Assembly (NCBI GenBank): GCA_020348925.1
Contig: CP070758.1
Location: 4,959,775 to 5,023,774 of the forward strand
DNA: 64,000 nucleotides
Direction of reading: 5' to 3'
Origin: Gemmatimonadota bacterium
GTDB taxonomy: Bacteria; JBHIER01; G020348925
Both the position numbers and the translations under genes were made by a program. The first letter of the stretch is position 1; every line of letters begins with the position of its first letter. The notes under the pieces were generated by a model. The model was not told where the DNA came from. It saw only the letters and a list, made by a program, of their open reading frames with translations, and made no database searches. Positions 48,063-57,330 of the stretch are shown one piece after another.

Positions 48063-50303
48063 TTATCGTACGATTGCCAGTTTTCCTATTCGGGGATCTA
48101 TTCCTGGTGCAATGAGCATAACAACGTAAATACCGCTGCCAACTTTTTCGCCAGATTGATTCTCTGCGTTCCAAAAAATGAGATTGGGTGAATCAGGTTG
48201 AGGGTAAAGTTCAGCAATCATCTCTCCCGACACAGTATATATTCGTAACATTGGGTCATCAGGCAATTGGAAAAATGTGACTTTCGTGTGTCCTTGGGAA
48301 GGGAGAAAGGGATTCGGGAAAAAATTGATTTTTTCCTCCTCACCTTTTAGCTTAACGACGCCAGAGTCGTAACGACTCAGACCAAGAGGCGTAGCCATCC
48401 AGACTTCACCTGTTTGTTCATTAACATCAATGTCATTTACAGTATTGTTTACTAGGCCACTATTTTCAGAATCATAGTGAACTCGCAAATTTCCCGAACG
48501 GTCTAAAACGTATACGCCCTGATCCGATGTGCCTACCCATATATGCCCACGAGCATCCCTTGTAAGAGAGAGGACACCGGTGTTTTGAATAACAGGATTT
48601 CTCTGAAACAGTTCGCCATCATATTCAAAAAGCCCCTCGTTCGTTCCAAACCAAATGGTATCTCCTTCCACGGATTCAATGGAATTCACTGTGGAATTCG
48701 TAAAATTGTTTTCGGCATCAAACGTTTTCCATACATCATCCACTTTCTGAAAAGGTGTCCCCCCATGGTCGAAGAGACTGACACCATTCTGCTCCGCTCC
48801 AATCCAAATTTGTCCCTTATCCTCAATTGCCAAAGACAGAACGAACCAATCTACCAACCCATCGCTCGTAGTAAAAAACTCCCACAGACTGTCTTGAGGA
48901 GAATACACGACGACTCCAAAAAAGTAGTTTGAAAACCATAAATTTCCTTGATTATCTTCCTTAATGGCAGTGACAACTTCGAAGTTGGGATCGTCAGGAA
49001 TTCCATGAATCCCGCTGTTTGATGTATTATAGACAGTTAAATTATCATCCTCCTTATCCAATGTTCCTTTATCATCGAGTACACTGACACCTTCCCCCCA
49101 CGTTGCAAACCATTTCCTCCCCTGCGGATCGACCATAATATCCATAGTACCGTTTGCACTTTCAATCCCGTCCTCCTCATCAAAAACAGTCCAAAGCCCA
49201 TCAGCAAACCTTGATATTTTTCCTGTGAATCGATCGCTTCTCACACTGCTCCACACAAAACCCATTTGATCAACTATTACACTCAGAAAATTATTCTTCC
49301 ATGGTCCCTCAGTCGAAAATTGAATCCAAGAAGATCCATCCAATTCTGCCAAACCCATTGCCCATATTCCGCAGAAGATAACACCATTATTGGTGCGGCT
49401 AACAACTCTGACATCCTGTGATGGGAGACTCTGTTGGGCTACGGCAATCCACTGATCATTCACCAGCTTGTAAACACCGGCAGACGTACCGGCCCACAGA
49501 GTATCCGCGAGAACCCTCAGTGCATTAACATTATTTCCCTCTATGAGTCCTCCTTCAATCCATTGCTCTCCATTAAAAAAACTTGCTCCTCTGTCCGTGC
49601 CAACCCATACATGAGAACCGCATATGGCTAAAGCGATAACCTTTGAACTCGGAAGACCATCATCAACCGTATACGAAGTCCAACTCGAAGGATCTTTTAA
49701 ATTCGAACTTTTCAAAGCCGACGAGACTCCGCCATCTGTTCCAACCCATACCGTGGTGCTATTCGTTGCAAAAGCATTAATGATATGGCTCGGCAGACCG
49801 TTTCGAGTATCGTAATTCTCCTTCCAAACGTAAGATGTGTCCCTTTCTTCCCAATCCCATCCCCACTGAAAGAAGGCAATACCCTCATCCGTTCCTACCC
49901 ACAGGATAGGCCCGTCCAGCCAGAGTGTTCGAACGTGAAGGGCGACACCGTCAAATTCGGTATACGTTCTCCATATTTCCGAGGGTCGCCTCCACTTACT
50001 GATACCCCCACCATCAGTACCCAACCAGACGTGTCCCTTACGATCGATAACAATCGACGTCACATTCACATGAATTAATCCATCAACGTTTGTATAGGTA
50101 TTTATGAAATCCTTCTTTTGCACATCAAATGTGACTAAGCCTCCTGATGTAGCTACCCATAGTGTATCACCCCGGCTCACAATATCATTGATATGATTAG
50201 TGTTTGTGTACGTCTTCCATGTTCCAATCTGGGAATATACCTCAACCCCTAATGAGTTCAATGATAATACGAATAATACGAAAAAGAGGAACAATCGGTG
50301 CAA
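48063..50303 (-). CDS. PorZ-like beta-propeller protein with FlgD-Ig/T9SS-like C-terminal domain
   Basis: Signal peptide, IGTWKTY, repeated D..G..W.GT..G propeller blades, FPNPF...WNAENQSGEKVGSGIYVV...GKLAIVR. Confidence 0.75.
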   Translation of the reverse strand: MHRLFLFFVLFVLSLNSLGVEVYSQIGTWKTYTNTNHINDIVSRGDTLWVATSGGLVTFDVQKKDFINTYTNVDGLIHVNVTSIVIDRKGHVWLGTDGGGISKWRRPSEIWRTYTEFDGVALHVRTLWLDGPILWVGTDEGIAFFQWGWDWEERDTSYVWKENYDTRNGLPSHIINAFATNSTTVWVGTDGGVSSALKSSNLKDPSSWTSYTVDDGLPSSKVIALAICGSHVWVGTDRGASFFNGEQWIEGGLIEGNNVNALRVLADTLWAGTSAGVYKLVNDQWIAVAQQSLPSQDVRVVSRTNNGVIFCGIWAMGLAELDGSSWIQFSTEGPWKNNFLSVIVDQMGFVWSSVRSDRFTGKISRFADGLWTVFDEEDGIESANGTMDIMVDPQGRKWFATWGEGVSVLDDKGTLDKEDDNLTVYNTSNSGIHGIPDDPNFEVVTAIKEDNQGNLWFSNYFFGVVVYSPQDSLWEFFTTSDGLVDWFVLSLAIEDKGQIWIGAEQNGVSLFDHGGTPFQKVDDVWKTFDAENNFTNSTVNSIESVEGDTIWFGTNEGLFEYDGELFQRNPVIQNTGVLSLTRDARGHIWVGTSDQGVYVLDRSGNLRVHYDSENSGLVNNTVNDIDVNEQTGEVWMATPLGLSRYDSGVVKLKGEEEKINFFPNPFLPSQGHTKVTFFQLPDDPMLRIYTVSGEMIAELYPQPDSPNLIFWNAENQSGEKVGSGIYVVMLIAPGIDPRIGKLAIVR

Positions 50304-50323
50304 GTTCTGTCACCTCGCTTCAT

Positions 50324-51847
50324 TCAAACAAAAACTTTTTGAGAAGATCGTTTTTTAATAAAGATCGAAAGTAGTAACCAACCCACACTAACAACCACAC
50401 ACACTTCGGAGAAAATATTGCCATATTTGGTGTAAAACGTTTCCTCCTTTTTAAAAACCACTCCTCCAGTCACCATTTGTTCCGTAAATATTTCTGTCTC
50501 CTCACTCACACGTCCATAAGGATCAACAAACATTGATACACCGGTGTTGGCACATCGAGCTATTCCAATGCGATTCTCTACAGCACGAAAGACTGCAATC
50601 CGAGCGTGCTGATATGGAGAGGACGTCTTTCCAAACCAAGCATCATTAGTGATATTCACTAAAAATTGAGCTCCTTGGTTTACAAACTCCCGTACAAGTT
50701 CAGGGAAAATGGACTCAAAGCAAATGAGAACAGCAAATTTCCCTTGAGGAAGTTGGAAGAGAGTGTACTCAATCCCAGGAGTAAAGTCCGATTGACCGAA
50801 ATGCATTTCTCTTAAAAAAGGAAGAAATTCCACAAAAGGTGTATGTTCGCTAAACGGAACAAGATGCATTTTCGCATACTCTTGAAAACCTGCCTGATTC
50901 GGATTGAATAGAAAAGCAGAATTATGAAAGACATAATCCCGATTGGGATCAAACGTATAGTGCGGAACACCGGTAAGGATAGGAACATTGAGAGTATCTG
51001 TTAGTTTCTGAATAACATCTCGAAATTCTTTCTCGTAGGCCAAATGGAAAGGGATCGCTGTTTCGGGCCACACAACAAGCTCTGTTTTTGTCTCAAAATT
51101 TTCCTTGGTCATTTGAATGTATACATTGAAGTTATGTTGCCGATACCGTTCATCCCATTTCACTTTTGGATCAATATTACCTTGTACAGCGGCAACTTGT
51201 AAATCAGCATCCGGAAGTTCTCTCGATAAAATACTACGACCATACCAATAAGATAAAGCAAGAATCACCGTAAGTACCATCAATATAACAAATGAGGCTT
51301 TCCATTTCAAACCCTTTTTAATCAAGATGTAAAACGTAACGTTGAGAGTAACCACCCAAAAGGAGACTCCATAGGCGCTTGTGATTGAACTCATCTGGAT
51401 AAATGAGAGATAATAAGATTGGCTGTAGGCAAGAGATGTCCAGGGAAAGGCAAGAACTCCCAGTGATCGAAGGTATTCAATAGCCGTCCAGAGAAAGGGA
51501 ACAGAGAGAAGAGCATAATTTCCAAATTTTTTTCGCAAAATGCGAAAAAAGAAGGTGAAAACCACAAAATATAATGACAAAATGAGAACAACGGCAAGAG
51601 TCGCAGAGACAATAATCAATAATCCCGGTTCTGTGTCCCACGCGATCCAATAGATCGTACCAAGATTGAAGAAAAATCCGGTCAGATACCCATATTTTAG
51701 TGCTGTAGTCGTCGGTATTTCTTGATCAATTAAAAAGAGGAGAGGGACCAACCCTACCCATGCCAGATACCCCAACTTTAAAGGAGGAAATGAAAGGGCC
51801 AGCAGAAACCCAGAGCTTAAGCTGAGAAGAAAAAAACGCCGATCCAT
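50324..51847 (-). CDS. lnt: Apolipoprotein N-acyltransferase
   Basis: FPW..LAYSQ, QGNI, WPETA, KMHLVPFSE, ICFES, NITNDAWFG, RAVEN. Confidence 0.95.
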   Translation of the reverse strand: MDRRFFLLSLSSGFLLALSFPPLKLGYLAWVGLVPLLFLIDQEIPTTTALKYGYLTGFFFNLGTIYWIAWDTEPGLLIIVSATLAVVLILSLYFVVFTFFFRILRKKFGNYALLSVPFLWTAIEYLRSLGVLAFPWTSLAYSQSYYLSFIQMSSITSAYGVSFWVVTLNVTFYILIKKGLKWKASFVILMVLTVILALSYWYGRSILSRELPDADLQVAAVQGNIDPKVKWDERYRQHNFNVYIQMTKENFETKTELVVWPETAIPFHLAYEKEFRDVIQKLTDTLNVPILTGVPHYTFDPNRDYVFHNSAFLFNPNQAGFQEYAKMHLVPFSEHTPFVEFLPFLREMHFGQSDFTPGIEYTLFQLPQGKFAVLICFESIFPELVREFVNQGAQFLVNITNDAWFGKTSSPYQHARIAVFRAVENRIGIARCANTGVSMFVDPYGRVSEETEIFTEQMVTGGVVFKKEETFYTKYGNIFSEVCVVVSVGWLLLSIFIKKRSSQKVFV

Positions 51848-51908
51848 TGCTTGTTGTGGCCCACCAAGATAAGGGACATCAAATAAATCAAAGGAATCAT
51901 AATTGCTA

Positions 51909-52469
51909 TCATTGAACAACGACTTCCGTTCCCAAATCAACAAGATCGAAAAGCTCAATGATATCCATATTGTACATGCGCACACATCCTATTGTAATAT
52001 GTTTTCCAATGGAACTTTCGACATTTGTCCCTTGAATACCACACCCTCGATATTTACCAGTGGTATAATCAGCTAATCCTATCCATCGAGCCCCATAGGA
52101 ATTTCTCGGATCATTTGGCGGGATCACTTTCCCGCTTCTCCATACCATAATTGGGTCCTTAACTTTATTGACTATTCTATAGCGTCCTGCAGGTGTCGCC
52201 TTTCCCATACCATCATTTCCTACTGCTACAAGATATGATCTTGTAAGCTTCTTATCTCTATCTAAATTGAGCTGTGCTTTATTCCTAACAATAATAATCT
52301 TGAAGATGCCTGAAGTTGGTTTGTTTACACCGTTACGGTCCTTGTCCAACATCATTCCAGAGACATATTTAGCAAAAACCAAAACGAAAACGGAGAGAAA
52401 ACAGATCGACACGAACTTCAAAAAAAATGTTCTAGGTATTCTGCTTTGAGTATTTTTTTGAAAAATCAT
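51909..52469 (-). CDS. YkuD-family L,D-transpeptidase-like protein with a degenerate active site
   Basis: YLVAVG, TPAGRY, YGARWIGL, GIQGTN...SIGKHITIGCVRM. Confidence 0.8.
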   Translation of the reverse strand: MIFQKNTQSRIPRTFFLKFVSICFLSVFVLVFAKYVSGMMLDKDRNGVNKPTSGIFKIIIVRNKAQLNLDRDKKLTRSYLVAVGNDGMGKATPAGRYRIVNKVKDPIMVWRSGKVIPPNDPRNSYGARWIGLADYTTGKYRGCGIQGTNVESSIGKHITIGCVRMYNMDIIELFDLVDLGTEVVVQ

Positions 52470-52505
52470 AGTTCAATACGCATAATTAAATATTTTTATT
52501 ACTAA

Positions 52506-53726
52506 TCAGGCCCCATATTTTTGGAGTTTCAAAGCATTTGCCATAGCTAAGGGCATTACGTGCAAAGCTGGAAATCTTCCAAGACTCCCATGAGCACATT
52601 CTCTCTCAGAAAATTGCATCACAGAATCAGGGCGGCAATACTTCGAATGAAGCATAAACGGTACAGGATGCCAACTATGTGCTTTTAATAAAGCAGGAGT
52701 AGAATGGTCACCTGTTATTATCAGTACATCTGGTTCTACTTCGATCAAATCGGGTAGATTTCTATCCACTTCCTCAATTGCCTGAACTTTCCTTTGGAAA
52801 TCACCATCCTCTCCGGCTGCATCCGTTTTCTTAAAATGCACGAAGAAAAACGAATGCTCCTCGAGATTTTGTCTCAATGTAATCAATTCATCGTTAAATG
52901 TCTCTCCAGTGTTCAGAACATCCATGCCTACCAAACGGGCAACACCCCTGTACATAGGATAAACTGCAATAGCTGCTGCCTCAAGCTTATATCGTTCTTG
53001 CATTGAAGGTAAGGGTTTATATTGATCAAAACCTCTCAATAGAATGAAATTAACCGATTCTTGATCTCTCAGGATCCCCTCAGCTTGCTCAATAAATTCA
53101 TTTACTACTGTGGCTGTTCTTTGAGTTTCGGGATTCCGCTCTTCCTCAGCAATCGGAACTACTTTTTTCGGGGGAAGCCCAACTCGTTGTGGATCTGAAT
53201 CAAGTAATTTTCCCGATAACCCCTCACCTCGAAAAATGGCTACTGCACGATGTTCTTTAACGGGTCGGATAAAAAACTGAACCTTCTGCAATTCGACATT
53301 TTGAAGCAGTTGACATAACTCATTATTCGTTGAAGTGGAAATACGTCCTGCTCTCCGATCTGAAATAATTCCTTTCTCATCGATTGAGGCAAAATTAATC
53401 CGAACGGCGACATCAGAATGTTGAAGTTCAAAGCCAATCCCTAATGCTGCCAGAACACCTCGCCCGACACTATATTTAAAGGGATCATATCCGAAAAGAG
53501 CAAGGTGTGCGGGTCCGCTTCCTGGTGTTATACCAGGAGCCAAAGGATCCATCATACCGCAGATCGATCGCTGTGCAAAAGCATCGAGGTGGGGTGTCTT
53601 GGCTGTTTCCAATTCAGTCGGACCATTAGATGATAATGGAACTCCACCTAATCCATCGATAACGAGCAGAACAATCTTCGACGGGCTTGTTACAGCCAGA
53701 TCAGTTAAAACATTACTATGTATCAT
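52506..53726 (-). CDS. apgM: 2,3-BPG-independent phosphoglycerate mutase (ApgM type)
   Basis: VIDGLGG, TPGSGPAHLALFGYDP, DRRAGRI, TGDHSTP, HSWHPVP. Confidence 0.92.
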   Translation of the reverse strand: MIHSNVLTDLAVTSPSKIVLLVIDGLGGVPLSSNGPTELETAKTPHLDAFAQRSICGMMDPLAPGITPGSGPAHLALFGYDPFKYSVGRGVLAALGIGFELQHSDVAVRINFASIDEKGIISDRRAGRISTSTNNELCQLLQNVELQKVQFFIRPVKEHRAVAIFRGEGLSGKLLDSDPQRVGLPPKKVVPIAEEERNPETQRTATVVNEFIEQAEGILRDQESVNFILLRGFDQYKPLPSMQERYKLEAAAIAVYPMYRGVARLVGMDVLNTGETFNDELITLRQNLEEHSFFFVHFKKTDAAGEDGDFQRKVQAIEEVDRNLPDLIEVEPDVLIITGDHSTPALLKAHSWHPVPFMLHSKYCRPDSVMQFSERECAHGSLGRFPALHVMPLAMANALKLQKYGA

Positions 53727-53872
53727 AACATGAACTCCACCCAAAATTAGAAAAATACAACTATTGTTAATAATTAAATTATTACGAAAATAAAAAAATA
53801 GCAACGGAAATCGAAGAAAAAAGCCACCTGGAAAAAACCAAGTGGCAAAAGTTTTGCACTTCGACATCTGTA

Positions 53873-54910
53873 TCATATGTTTAAGAACAAAACTTTTTGA
53901 GAACCTTCAACAACCTCTCCAATATGATATGTTTTTTCGCCATACTTTTTAAAACATCGGGTAACATTTTCAAGATCTTCTGGAGAAACAACAACAACCA
54001 TCCCTATGCCCATATTAAAAGTCCTGTACATTTCATGATCTTCAACCTTTCCCAACGAACGCACAAGCTGAAATATATGAGGTACTTCCCAAGAGGAGAG
54101 ATCTATCTGAACAGAGCATTGTTGTGGCAAAACACGCGGAATATTGTCAGAAAAACCGCCTCCAGTAATATGGATAATTCCTTTAATATCAAATTCCTTT
54201 GAAATCTTAAGAATTGAAGATGCATAACATTTATGCGTTCTTAAAAGTTCCTCTCCTACAGTGATTCCCAGTTCCTCAATATAAGTATCTACTGAATATC
54301 CAGCTATATCAAAGAGAATTTTTCGCACCAGTGAATATCCATTCGTATGGAGACCATTGGATGCCAATCCAAGAATCTGATCTCCAATCCGAATCCGAGA
54401 TCCGTCGATAATGTGATCTTGGTCCACAATACCAACCATAGTCCCAGCAAGGTCATATTCTCCAGTGTTGTAAAACTCGGGCATCTCTGCAGTTTCCCCT
54501 CCTATCAATACACATCCTATCTCTCGGCATCCTTGAGCCAACCCCTTCACTACTGAAACCAAAATCTCCGGTTCCAGTTTCGCTGTGGCAAAATAATCGA
54601 GGAAAAAGAGGGATTGCGCTCCTTGCACGACGATATCGTTTGCACAATGGGAGACGAGATCAATCCCCACGGTATCGTGTTTCCGAGTCAAAAATGCAAT
54701 CTTTAGTTTTGTCCCTACTCCATCGATGCTTGACACCAGCACGGGTTTTTGAAATTCATTAAGATCTAAAGAAAAAAGGCCACCAAATCCCCCTGCTTCG
54801 CCCAACACACCTTTACAGTATGTCGACCGAATAAGCTCTTTGACCTTTATCATCGACTTTGTTGCTGTATTGATGTCTACACCGGCATCTTTATATGTTA
54901 TATTTGCCAT
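53873..54910 (-). CDS. purM: Phosphoribosylformylglycinamidine cyclo-ligase
   Basis: YKDAGVDI, DGVGTK, GGETAEMP, GLHTNGYSL, HITGGG, TFNMGIG. Confidence 0.97.
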   Translation of the reverse strand: MANITYKDAGVDINTATKSMIKVKELIRSTYCKGVLGEAGGFGGLFSLDLNEFQKPVLVSSIDGVGTKLKIAFLTRKHDTVGIDLVSHCANDIVVQGAQSLFFLDYFATAKLEPEILVSVVKGLAQGCREIGCVLIGGETAEMPEFYNTGEYDLAGTMVGIVDQDHIIDGSRIRIGDQILGLASNGLHTNGYSLVRKILFDIAGYSVDTYIEELGITVGEELLRTHKCYASSILKISKEFDIKGIIHITGGGFSDNIPRVLPQQCSVQIDLSSWEVPHIFQLVRSLGKVEDHEMYRTFNMGIGMVVVVSPEDLENVTRCFKKYGEKTYHIGEVVEGSQKVLFLNI

Positions 54911-54918
54911 TTTCCCTT

Positions 54919-56232
54919 TTACACCACATTTGTTTCGAAATATTTTTGCGTTCCCGCCGGGAACAATTCTTTTGTTACATTAATTTCACCTTTTGAAATA
55001 AGTTCTTTTAAAGCTTCCACTACACTAGGATCATATTGATCTCCAGAATCCTTTTCCAGTTGCTCAAGTGTCTGCTCAATCGTCATAGCTGGACGATAGG
55101 CCCTTTCTGAAGTCATGGCGTCAAAGGAATCAGCCACTTTAATTATGCGAGCACCAAGCGGTATATCATCAGCCGTTTTACCAAGAGGATAACCACCACC
55201 GTCTAATCGTTCGTGATGCAATTCAACGTATGGCGTGGCTTTCTTGAGAAACTTCAAGTTTCTCAAAATCTCTGCACCAATTGCCGGGTGTTTCTTAATT
55301 TCCGCCCATTCACGCAAATTCAAAGGACCTGGTTTTTGAACAATCTTATAATCAATACCTATTTTACCAATGTCATGCAACTGACCCGCATATCGAATTG
55401 TCTCAACTTCTCTATCAGGCAACCTTAATTGTCGGGCAATCTTCTCTGCAAACTTCGAGACACGTTCAGAGTGGCCGTAAGTATATTGATCACTTGCATC
55501 TTGAGCAGAACAGAGAGCAGCAATTGCAGCCAGATGTTCTTCCTGTAATTCCGTATATGATTTGAGAGAGTAATGAAAAAAAAGAAGCGGAAGAAAACAA
55601 TAAAAAACAGCCCATATTCCAATTTTTATCTGGATGAAAGCCATTAACAAACCAAGCGGTGCAACAAGAGCAATGTTACTAAAAATTGTCCAGCGGAAAT
55701 GGGAACGCCATATTCTAAGAGGAGGAATTTTTTTTTGAAGTCCAATAGCAATACTGACAGAAAACGAATTTATAACAAAATAAACTATTACACACAAAAC
55801 TAAGGGCAACAGTATTTGTCTAATGATGTCAAAACTCTCTGGTAAACTAGGTAGTAGACGAACGCCACCGACAGCATAATAAATTGTTCCAGCCCCTCCA
55901 AAGGCGAGAACAACCTGAGCGCCATTAAATCCCGATTTATAGAATGGTACCTTTCTAATGATCCCATCACAAAAAACTGCACTTAAGATACCAAACCAGG
56001 AAGTCACACCAGGACCAAATAAAAGGATGGTAGCTAGAAAAATTGCAGAATCTATACTCAAAACGGCTTCAATTTGAGGTACCCTCACAGGGATAAGTTC
56101 GGCTAATATTAGGATAACTGCCCATAACAATATCAATCCCCATTGGGAAATATCCAAATTAAAAGATAAAAAAATAAGAACTCCCAAGCCTAGCAGGATC
56201 ACAAATATGACATAGATTCTAAGCAAGGTCAC
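54919..56232 (-). CDS. Membrane-anchored HD-GYP cyclic-di-GMP phosphodiesterase
   Basis: Several N-terminal TM helices, then YTYGHSERV, LHDIGK, HHERLDGGGYP, VADSFDAMTS.R.YR. Confidence 0.92.
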   Translation of the reverse strand: MTLLRIYVIFVILLGLGVLIFLSFNLDISQWGLILLWAVILILAELIPVRVPQIEAVLSIDSAIFLATILLFGPGVTSWFGILSAVFCDGIIRKVPFYKSGFNGAQVVLAFGGAGTIYYAVGGVRLLPSLPESFDIIRQILLPLVLCVIVYFVINSFSVSIAIGLQKKIPPLRIWRSHFRWTIFSNIALVAPLGLLMAFIQIKIGIWAVFYCFLPLLFFHYSLKSYTELQEEHLAAIAALCSAQDASDQYTYGHSERVSKFAEKIARQLRLPDREVETIRYAGQLHDIGKIGIDYKIVQKPGPLNLREWAEIKKHPAIGAEILRNLKFLKKATPYVELHHERLDGGGYPLGKTADDIPLGARIIKVADSFDAMTSERAYRPAMTIEQTLEQLEKDSGDQYDPSVVEALKELISKGEINVTKELFPAGTQKYFETNVV

Positions 56233-56291
56233 AAGGTTTATCCAGTTTATATAAATGAATTAAAAAAGACCGACATCAATAACAATTAAGT

Positions 56292-56366
56292 TCACCAACG
56301 AATCACGCACCCAAATGATGACGAAGCCATCATTAAAAGAAAAATCACTCCAAAAAGTTTTTTCAC
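56292..56366 (-). CDS. Unannotated 24-aa peptide MKKLFGVIFLLMMASSSFGCVIRW
   Basis: GAAAGGGGGT RBS, GTG start, signal-peptide-like composition, TGA stop; about 60 nt upstream of the HD-GYP gene on the same strand. Confidence 0.65.
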   Translation of the reverse strand: MKKLFGVIFLLMMASSSFGCVIRW

Positions 56367-56503
56367 GGTATCAACCCCCTTTCGCAATCTACACTACCCG
56401 AAATTCATTTAAAAGACGGGCTTGTAAACCGCTTCGCTCGGTTGATAACCGCTCCGCTCAATAAACTTTAGTGATAACCATTGGTAAACACATTTTTGAT
56501 GTC

Positions 56504-56603
56504 NNNNNNNNNNNNNNNNNNNNNNNNNNNNNNNNNNNNNNNNNNNNNNNNNNNNNNNNNNNNNNNNNNNNNNNNNNNNNNNNNNNNNNNNNNNNNNNNN
56601 NNN
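56504..56603. other. Assembly gap (100 N)
   Basis: Run of N; gene orientation flips across it. Confidence 0.99.
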
Positions 56604-56849
56604 ATTCCGGATGTCGGATCGCCTGTTCACACTACCCTGACAATTTTCAACATCCTCGGCCAGGAAGTTACGACGCTCGTGGATGATGTTCGGGATGCTG
56701 GATCTTACACAGTGTCGTGGAACGGCCTGAACACCCAGGGGACACGTGTGGCCAGCGGTGTCTATGTGTACCGGATCGTTGCGAAGGGCATGTTCCAGGG
56801 GGATCGGGACGAATTCACGGCGACCAAGCGCATGCTTCTCTTAAAGTAA
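56604..56849 (+). CDS. 3' fragment of a secreted protein with a FlgD-Ig/T9SS-like CTD
   Basis: LTIFNILGQEVTTLVD...WNG...VASGVYVYRI...KRMLLLK. Confidence 0.85.
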   Translation: MPDVGSPVHTTLTIFNILGQEVTTLVDDVRDAGSYTVSWNGLNTQGTRVASGVYVYRIVAKGMFQGDRDEFTATKRMLLLK

Positions 56850-57330
56850 AGAGAGAGTTCTCCTCTTATCGATTTCTGTGAAAACAGCCCAGAGATTCTT
56901 CTCCGGGAAATGAAAATATATCGTAAATCTCTTATAAAATACTCACACAGCCTGCATAGAATTTCCTCTTCATAAGGCAATTTCTTGCATCCTCCCCAAA
57001 ATCTCTTTTCATGGTAAATTTTTTATCGCGAAAAGCCAATAGAACGAAAGCATTTACTGGTTTCAATTCTCGGCATCGCTTGAAGAACTTGTCCCGGCAC
57101 GTATTTTGCAAAATGTCAAGAGACATAAAAGAGTCTGAAGAAAGGAGCTTGCTCAATCATAACATATTTAAATACAGATATTTTGATAAAGATAAACTTC
57201 CGAGGAGTGTGAAACATTGGTGTGGAAACAGGTGTCTTACGATGTGTGCCGGGAACAGCTTGATGGATGACTCCGTGTCGATGTCATGCGCAAAAGAATC
57301 ATTTCAGAGTATCCCAAAAAGGAGGGCGGT

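Noticed and set aside
56260-56290. Terminator between the peptide gene and the HD-GYP gene
   Set aside because: A T-run follows GTCGGTC, but there is no convincing complementary left arm.
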